A stretch of DNA of 32,000 nucleotides from Acholeplasma laidlawii PG-8A (lineage in GTDB: Bacteria > Bacillota_I > Bacilli_A > Acholeplasmatales > Acholeplasmataceae): assembly GCF_000018785.1 (NCBI RefSeq), contig NC_010163.1, positions 540,001 through 572,000 of the forward strand, given 5' to 3'. The notes beneath the pieces were generated by a model. It made no database searches. It was not told where the DNA came from and saw only the letters and a program-made list of their open reading frames with translations. A program made the position numbers and the translations under genes. This document shows positions 27,109 to 32,000 of the stretch, piece after piece. Position 1 is the first letter of the stretch. Every line of letters begins with the position of its first letter.

Positions 27109-28107
27109 ATGAAAGTACTATTGTACTCACAAAAACAAAGTATGTTAAAAAAATCTGGCATTGGTAGAGCGTTTTATCACCAAAAACGTGCGCTAGAAGC
27201 TGTAGGTATTGAATATACTACAGACCCTAAAGACACTTACGATTTGGTGCATGTGAATATCGCGCACTCCAATAAGATTAAAAAATTCAGAAAAAAATAC
27301 CCAGTAATAGTTCATGGACACTCAACAGTGCAAGACTTTAGAAGAAGTTTTGCATTTTGGCGTGTTATTGCACCATTTTTCTACAAGCACCTACAAAATA
27401 TTTATGGTATTGCAGATTTAATTATTACACCAACAAGATACTCTAAGTTTTTAATTGAATCGATGCATGTAGTAAAATCTCCTGTAGTTGCATTATCAAA
27501 TGGTATTGATTTAGATGCTTACGAGTATAAACAAGAAAATGTTGATGCATTTAGAAAACATTTTGATTTAGAGCCTAACCAAAAAGTTGTGATTGGTGTT
27601 GGTTTATTATTTGAAAGAAAAGGTATTCACGATTTTATTGAAGTGGCCCGTACTATGCCAAATGTTACTTTCATTTGGTTTGGTAATTTATCTAAACTTG
27701 CAACCACGCATTTTATTAGAAAACGTATTAAAAATAAACCTAAAAATATGATTATGCCAGGCTACGTTGATGGTGCGGTCATTAAGGGTGCATTTAGTGG
27801 TGCTGATTGTGTGTTCTTCCCAAGCTATGAAGAAACAGAAGGTATTGTCGTCTTAGAAGGACTGGCAAGTAAAACTCCTGTTGTTTTGCGTGATATTCCT
27901 GTTTATTATGACTGGTTATTTCATAAGGAGCATGTACTAAAAGGACATAATAACTTTGAATTTAGTAAATTAATAGAAAAAGTATTACATGAAGATCAAA
28001 CAGAAATGATTGAAAACGGTTATAAGATTGTTCAAGACAGATCGATTGAAAAAATTGGTGAAGGCTTGAAACAAGCCTACCAAGAAGTTATCAAAATTAA
28101 GAGGTAA
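27109..28107 (+). CDS. GT4 glycosyltransferase, probable alpha-monoglucosyl-diacylglycerol glucosyltransferase (diglucosyl-DAG synthase type)
   Basis: 332 aa; VIVHGHSTVQDF, VIGVGLLFERKGIHDFIEVARTMPNVTFIWFG, PSYEETEGIVVLEGLA (EX7E). Length and general pattern resemble Acholeplasma alDGS from memory. Confidence 0.7.
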   Translation: MKVLLYSQKQSMLKKSGIGRAFYHQKRALEAVGIEYTTDPKDTYDLVHVNIAHSNKIKKFRKKYPVIVHGHSTVQDFRRSFAFWRVIAPFFYKHLQNIYGIADLIITPTRYSKFLIESMHVVKSPVVALSNGIDLDAYEYKQENVDAFRKHFDLEPNQKVVIGVGLLFERKGIHDFIEVARTMPNVTFIWFGNLSKLATTHFIRKRIKNKPKNMIMPGYVDGAVIKGAFSGADCVFFPSYEETEGIVVLEGLASKTPVVLRDIPVYYDWLFHKEHVLKGHNNFEFSKLIEKVLHEDQTEMIENGYKIVQDRSIEKIGEGLKQAYQEVIKIKR

Positions 28108-28110
28108 CCT

Positions 28111-28905
28111 ATGGAATATTTAACACTTCATAATGGTTTTAAAGTACCAGTTGTAGGTATGGGTGCAAACACATTTGGTAAAGTGAATCATGATTTTTAT
28201 GGTGCACTTGATAATGACACTAAAGAACTAATTTGGGCATATGAAAATGGCTACCGCCTCATAGATACAGCAATCGTTTATAGAAATGAAACAGTGATTG
28301 CCAAATCAATTAAAGATGCCCATCTAAATAGAAAAGATGTCATGGTTACATCTAAAATACCTACCAAAGAATTACCACTAGAAGATGATGAAAAAATTGA
28401 GGCGATGATACAATCGTCCATCAATATATTTGGAGGTTATGTAGATATCTATTTAATTCATCATCCATCCACGGATGAAATTAATTTAAAGGTCTGGAAA
28501 GCACTTGAAAGTCATTATCTAAAAGGACACTTTAAAGCAATTGGTGTATCCAATTTTAGTAAGGAGCAACTTGATTACATCATGAAGTATGCAAATATTA
28601 AACCCATGATGAATCAAATAGAATCTAATCCAGCAAACTGGCAACAGGAACTCATCTCTTATTGTAAGGCGTATGACATTGTTCCAGTAGCATGGGGTCC
28701 ACTAGATCCTGTGCCTAATAAGGATATATTAACAACCATTGGTAACCATTATGGTAAGACTTGGGCACAAATACTACTTAGACATCAAATACAAAAAGGT
28801 GTCGTTGTCATACCAAAGAGTCACAATAAATTAAGACAATTTGAAAATATAAATATCTTTGATTTCACATTATCTTTAGAAGATATGCGTAAAATAGAAG
28901 AATAA
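28111..28905 (+). CDS. Aldo/keto reductase
   Basis: LHNGFKVPVVGMGANTFG, NGYRLIDTAIVYRNE, TSKIPTKE, DIYLIHHPST, AIGVSNFSKEQL, VVIPKSHNKLR. Confidence 0.92.
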   Translation: MEYLTLHNGFKVPVVGMGANTFGKVNHDFYGALDNDTKELIWAYENGYRLIDTAIVYRNETVIAKSIKDAHLNRKDVMVTSKIPTKELPLEDDEKIEAMIQSSINIFGGYVDIYLIHHPSTDEINLKVWKALESHYLKGHFKAIGVSNFSKEQLDYIMKYANIKPMMNQIESNPANWQQELISYCKAYDIVPVAWGPLDPVPNKDILTTIGNHYGKTWAQILLRHQIQKGVVVIPKSHNKLRQFENINIFDFTLSLEDMRKIEE

Positions 28906-28985
28906 TTATCATTACTTATGTATTTTCACGAAAAAAAGATTTATAATGTTATAATATTAAAGTTGATATAATTTAGGAGGAAACT

Positions 28986-30269
28986 ATGAAATTTGAACAT
29001 ATAAAAAAGAATCATGTAAAATTTACTTTTACAGTAACACCTGCAGAATTTGAACATGCATTAGAACATGCTTTTGCACACATTAAAGATGATGTAGAAA
29101 TTAAAGGATTTAGAAAAGGTAAAGTAACTCAAAAAGTTTACGAACAAAAATTTGGTGAAACAGCATTATATGCAGAAGCATTAAACCACGCAATTGGTCA
29201 TAAATATAATGATGCTACACTAGTAAAAGACTTTACAATTGTTTCAGATCCAATGAATATTGATCTAGATTTCGATAAAATCTCAAGAACAGAAGATTTT
29301 GAAGTAAGTTTTGAAGTTGCAATCAAACCTGAAGTTGAAATTGAAAACTATAAAGGTGTTGAAGTTGCTAAAGTAGATACAGAAGTAACAGAAAAAGAAG
29401 TTGATGAAAACATTAACAGCCTATTAGCTCAAAATGCTATTTTAGAACCTAAAGAAGGTGCACTAGAAAATGGCGATACAGCAATCTTTGATTTCGAAGG
29501 ATTCCAAGATGGTGTTGCATTTGAAGGTGGGAAAGCTGAAAACTTCAGTTTAGAAATCGGTAGTGGTCAATTCATTCCTGGTTTTGAAGAAGGTATGTTA
29601 GGCTTAAAAGTTGGTGAATCACGCGATGTGGATGTTACTTTCCCTGAACAATACCAAGCTGAAAACCTAGCAGGTAAACCGGCAGTATTTAAAGTTGTAT
29701 TACACGAAATTAAATCTAAAAAATTAGCAGAATTAAATGATGAATGGGTTGTATCACTTAACCGTGAAGGTATCTCAACTGTTGATCAATTAAAAGCATC
29801 AATCAAAGCAGATTTAGAAGCATCTAAACAAGAACAAGCTAAAAGAGAATTAACTGATGCAGTTATCACTGAAGTAGTTAAATTAGCTAAAGTTGAAGTG
29901 CCACAATCTATGTTTGATTCAGAAATCGAAAACTTCAAGAAAAATGTTGAAGCTCAAGCTAAACAATATCAATTAGATATGGATACATTCATCCAATTAT
30001 CAGGATTAACTAAAGAATTATTCGAACAACAAGCTAAAGAACAAGCTGAAAAACGTGTACTTCAATCTCTAGTAATCGAAGCGATTGCTAAGAAAGAAAA
30101 CTTCACTGCTACACCTGAAGAATTAAGTTTGCGTTATGAAGAATTAGCAAACCATTACAAAATGGAAGTTAATGAAATTAAAAAGTATATCTCAGATGAA
30201 CTAGTAATGAATGATATCGCATTTGAAAAAGCAGTAACATTCTTAGTAGAAAACGCAGTACAAAAATAA
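28986..30269 (+). CDS. tig: Trigger factor (ribosome-associated chaperone / PPIase)
   Basis: HIKDDVEIKGFRKGKVTQKVYEQKFGE, FKBP-like GDTAIFDFEGFQDGVAFEGGKAENFSLEIGSGQFIPGFEEGMLG. Confidence 0.95.
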   Translation: MKFEHIKKNHVKFTFTVTPAEFEHALEHAFAHIKDDVEIKGFRKGKVTQKVYEQKFGETALYAEALNHAIGHKYNDATLVKDFTIVSDPMNIDLDFDKISRTEDFEVSFEVAIKPEVEIENYKGVEVAKVDTEVTEKEVDENINSLLAQNAILEPKEGALENGDTAIFDFEGFQDGVAFEGGKAENFSLEIGSGQFIPGFEEGMLGLKVGESRDVDVTFPEQYQAENLAGKPAVFKVVLHEIKSKKLAELNDEWVVSLNREGISTVDQLKASIKADLEASKQEQAKRELTDAVITEVVKLAKVEVPQSMFDSEIENFKKNVEAQAKQYQLDMDTFIQLSGLTKELFEQQAKEQAEKRVLQSLVIEAIAKKENFTATPEELSLRYEELANHYKMEVNEIKKYISDELVMNDIAFEKAVTFLVENAVQK

Positions 30270-30279
30270 ATATAAAAGT

Positions 30280-30308
30280 AGCCTCTGAAGCTTCAGAGGC
30301 TTTCTTAT
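30280..30308 (+). terminator. Terminator after tig
   Basis: Perfect inverted repeat AGCCTCTGAAG|CTTCAGAGGCT (30280-30301) followed by TTCTT. Confidence 0.7.
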
Positions 30309-30340
30309 AACTATAAATATGATAAAAGATGGGATAACGA

Positions 30341-30367
30341 TTGGCACTCATGCATTATGATTGCTAA
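30341..30367. promoter_or_regulatory. CIRCE element (HrcA operator) upstream of lon
   Basis: TTGGCACTC-N9-GATTGCTAA; 16/18 arm positions match consensus TTAGCACTC-N9-GAGTGCTAA with exact spacing. Confidence 0.85.
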
Positions 30368-30395
30368 TTGACAATTTTATATTATAATATATAAT
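30368..30395 (+). promoter_or_regulatory. Sigma-A promoter for lon
   Basis: TTGACA (30368-30373), 16-nt spacer, TATAAT (30390-30395). Confidence 0.75.
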
Positions 30396-30426
30396 AAGAA
30401 TATAACCCAGAAAGGGGATCAAAGAT

Positions 30427-32000
30427 ATGGAATTACAGACAAGTTTACCCGCGATTGTTGTACGTGGTATCGTACCGATTCCTAATAATGATTTTAGAAT
30501 TGAAGTTGGCCGTAAAGTATCCCTTAAAGCGATTGAAGAGTCTGAAAAGAGTTTTTCATCTTACGTACTTATATTGGTTCAAAAAAATCCATTAATAGAA
30601 AACCCAACAGTTGCTGATATTGAAACTCATGGTGTCTTAGCTAAGATTGCTATGAAGATTAAATTACCTAATAACAACTATAAAATTAAGTTTAATTTAA
30701 TGTCTAGAATTAAAGTCAATGAGTACTTTTTAACAGATCCTTACTTTGTAGCAGACTATGAAGAATTAGAATCAAAAGTAGGGGAAATTGAAGAAGAAAC
30801 TACATTACTTAAATTAATTACTGATGAAGCTGTTGTAAATGCAAATCAGTTGTTTAATAATGCCCAAGTGATTACATCACAAATTCAATCTGGTTTATCA
30901 TCAGATAAAATGGCGGACATTTTAGCATATAATTTAAGAACTCAAGATACTGAAAAATATAAGTATCTAGCTGAATTAAATGTAAATTCAAGACTAAAAT
31001 TAATTTTAGAAGATATTAACCGTCTAAAGATGATTGCTGATTTAGAACAGCGTATTAATGAAGATGTTAAAAAGGCAATTGATGAAAATCAAAAAGAATA
31101 TTATTTAAGAGAAAAAATGCGTGCAATTCAAAATGAATTAGGTGATAAAGCTAAAAAAGAAGATGAAATTGATAAATTAAGAGAAGATATTAAGAAGGCT
31201 AAAATGCCGCTTCATATCGAAGAAAAGGCCCTACAAGAGCTATCTCGTTATCAATCAACACCTTCAGCAATGGCTGAATCTCAAATTATTAAAACTTACC
31301 TAGATTTTCTAGTTGCATTACCTTGGAATGAATCATCAACAGATTTAAATGATTTACAAAAGGTACAAGATAACTTAGATAAGAATCATTATGGTCTGGA
31401 AAATGTTAAAGAACGTATTATTGAATATCTAGCAGTTAAGATGATGACTGGTAGAAATCCACAGACTATTTTATGTTTAGCAGGTCCTCCAGGGGTTGGT
31501 AAAACATCACTTGCAACATCTATTGCAGAAGCTTTAGGTCGTAAGTTTGTTAAACAATCACTAGGTGGCGTTAAAGATGAATCAGAAATACGTGGTCATA
31601 GAAGAACTTACGTAGGCGCTATGCCTGGTCGTATCCTTAAGGGTATGAAGGATGCTGGTACAGTAAATCCTGTCTTCTTATTAGATGAAATTGATAAAAT
31701 GGCATCTGATTATAGAGGGGACCCTGCATCTGCAATGCTTGAAGTATTAGACCCAGAGCAAAATGCTAAATTTAGTGATCACTACTTGGAAGAAAATTAT
31801 GACTTATCTCAAGTATTATTCATTACAACAGCAAACTATCTTGAAAATGTGCCTGCACCTTTAAGAGATCGTATGGAAATTGTAGAACTATCTAGCTATA
31901 CTGAGTATGAAAAAATTCAGATTGCTCAAAAACACTTAGTTAACAAACAATTATCAGCACACGGTTTAGATAGTGATAAATTTACAATTGATGAAGAAAC
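30427..32000 (+). CDS. lon: ATP-dependent Lon protease (5' part, truncated by window edge)
   Basis: MELQTSLPAIVVRGIVPIPNNDFRIEVGR; YYLREKMRAIQNELGD; CLAGPPGVGKTSLATSIAEALGRKFVKQSLGGVKDESEIRGHRRTYVGAMPGRI; SD AAAGGGG at 30411-30417. Absent from the ORF track because it runs off the end. Confidence 0.97.
   Translation, partial: MELQTSLPAIVVRGIVPIPNNDFRIEVGRKVSLKAIEESEKSFSSYVLILVQKNPLIENPTVADIETHGVLAKIAMKIKLPNNNYKIKFNLMSRIKVNEYFLTDPYFVADYEELESKVGEIEEETTLLKLITDEAVVNANQLFNNAQVITSQIQSGLSSDKMADILAYNLRTQDTEKYKYLAELNVNSRLKLILEDINRLKMIADLEQRINEDVKKAIDENQKEYYLREKMRAIQNELGDKAKKEDEIDKLREDIKKAKMPLHIEEKALQELSRYQSTPSAMAESQIIKTYLDFLVALPWNESSTDLNDLQKVQDNLDKNHYGLENVKERIIEYLAVKMMTGRNPQTILCLAGPPGVGKTSLATSIAEALGRKFVKQSLGGVKDESEIRGHRRTYVGAMPGRILKGMKDAGTVNPVFLLDEIDKMASDYRGDPASAMLEVLDPEQNAKFSDHYLEENYDLSQVLFITTANYLENVPAPLRDRMEIVELSSYTEYEKIQIAQKHLVNKQLSAHGLDSDKFTIDEE

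Noticed and set aside
1-32000. CRISPR arrays, tRNA or rRNA genes
   Set aside because: No regularly spaced direct repeats with unique spacers and no tRNA/rRNA-like segment recognised. The only tight tandem repeat (4495-4545) has no spacers. A tRNAscan/Infernal run would be needed for full exclusion.
1-32000. Use of the mycoplasma genetic code (TGA = Trp)
   Set aside because: Conserved Trp positions in glgB, pulA and lon use TGG, and genes end at TGA where homology ends (glgB, LacI gene), so the standard bacterial code fits.

Overview
This 32 kb window looks like a low-GC, wall-less Mollicutes (Acholeplasma-like) chromosome. TGG is used for Trp and TGA as a stop, so it uses the standard bacterial code. 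The backbone is a dispersed glycogen/alpha-glucan locus: glgA-glgC, glgP, glgB, a divergent LacI-type regulator, pulA, and an AlsK-like ROK sugar kinase. A GT4 glucosyltransferase resembling Acholeplasma diglucosyl-diacylglycerol synthase, an aldo/keto reductase, tig, and the start of lon follow. Accessory content includes a ~2025-aa surface lipoprotein with Ig-like repeats, a 1260-nt in-frame duplicated Ig+beta-helix module and a C-terminal amidase_2-like domain, which is odd in an organism expected to lack peptidoglycan. It also includes a COG1112-type SF1 helicase with an HRDC-like N-terminus and a Vsr-like C-terminal domain whose catalytic residues look eroded. An SRAP peptidase is followed by a highly diverged AbiEii-like protein, and a decayed IS91-type transposase remnant sits at the left edge. 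A near-consensus CIRCE element lies upstream of lon. Nothing here is a proven new system. The best leads are the amidase lipoprotein, the diverged AbiEii-like protein and the helicase with a dead nuclease domain.
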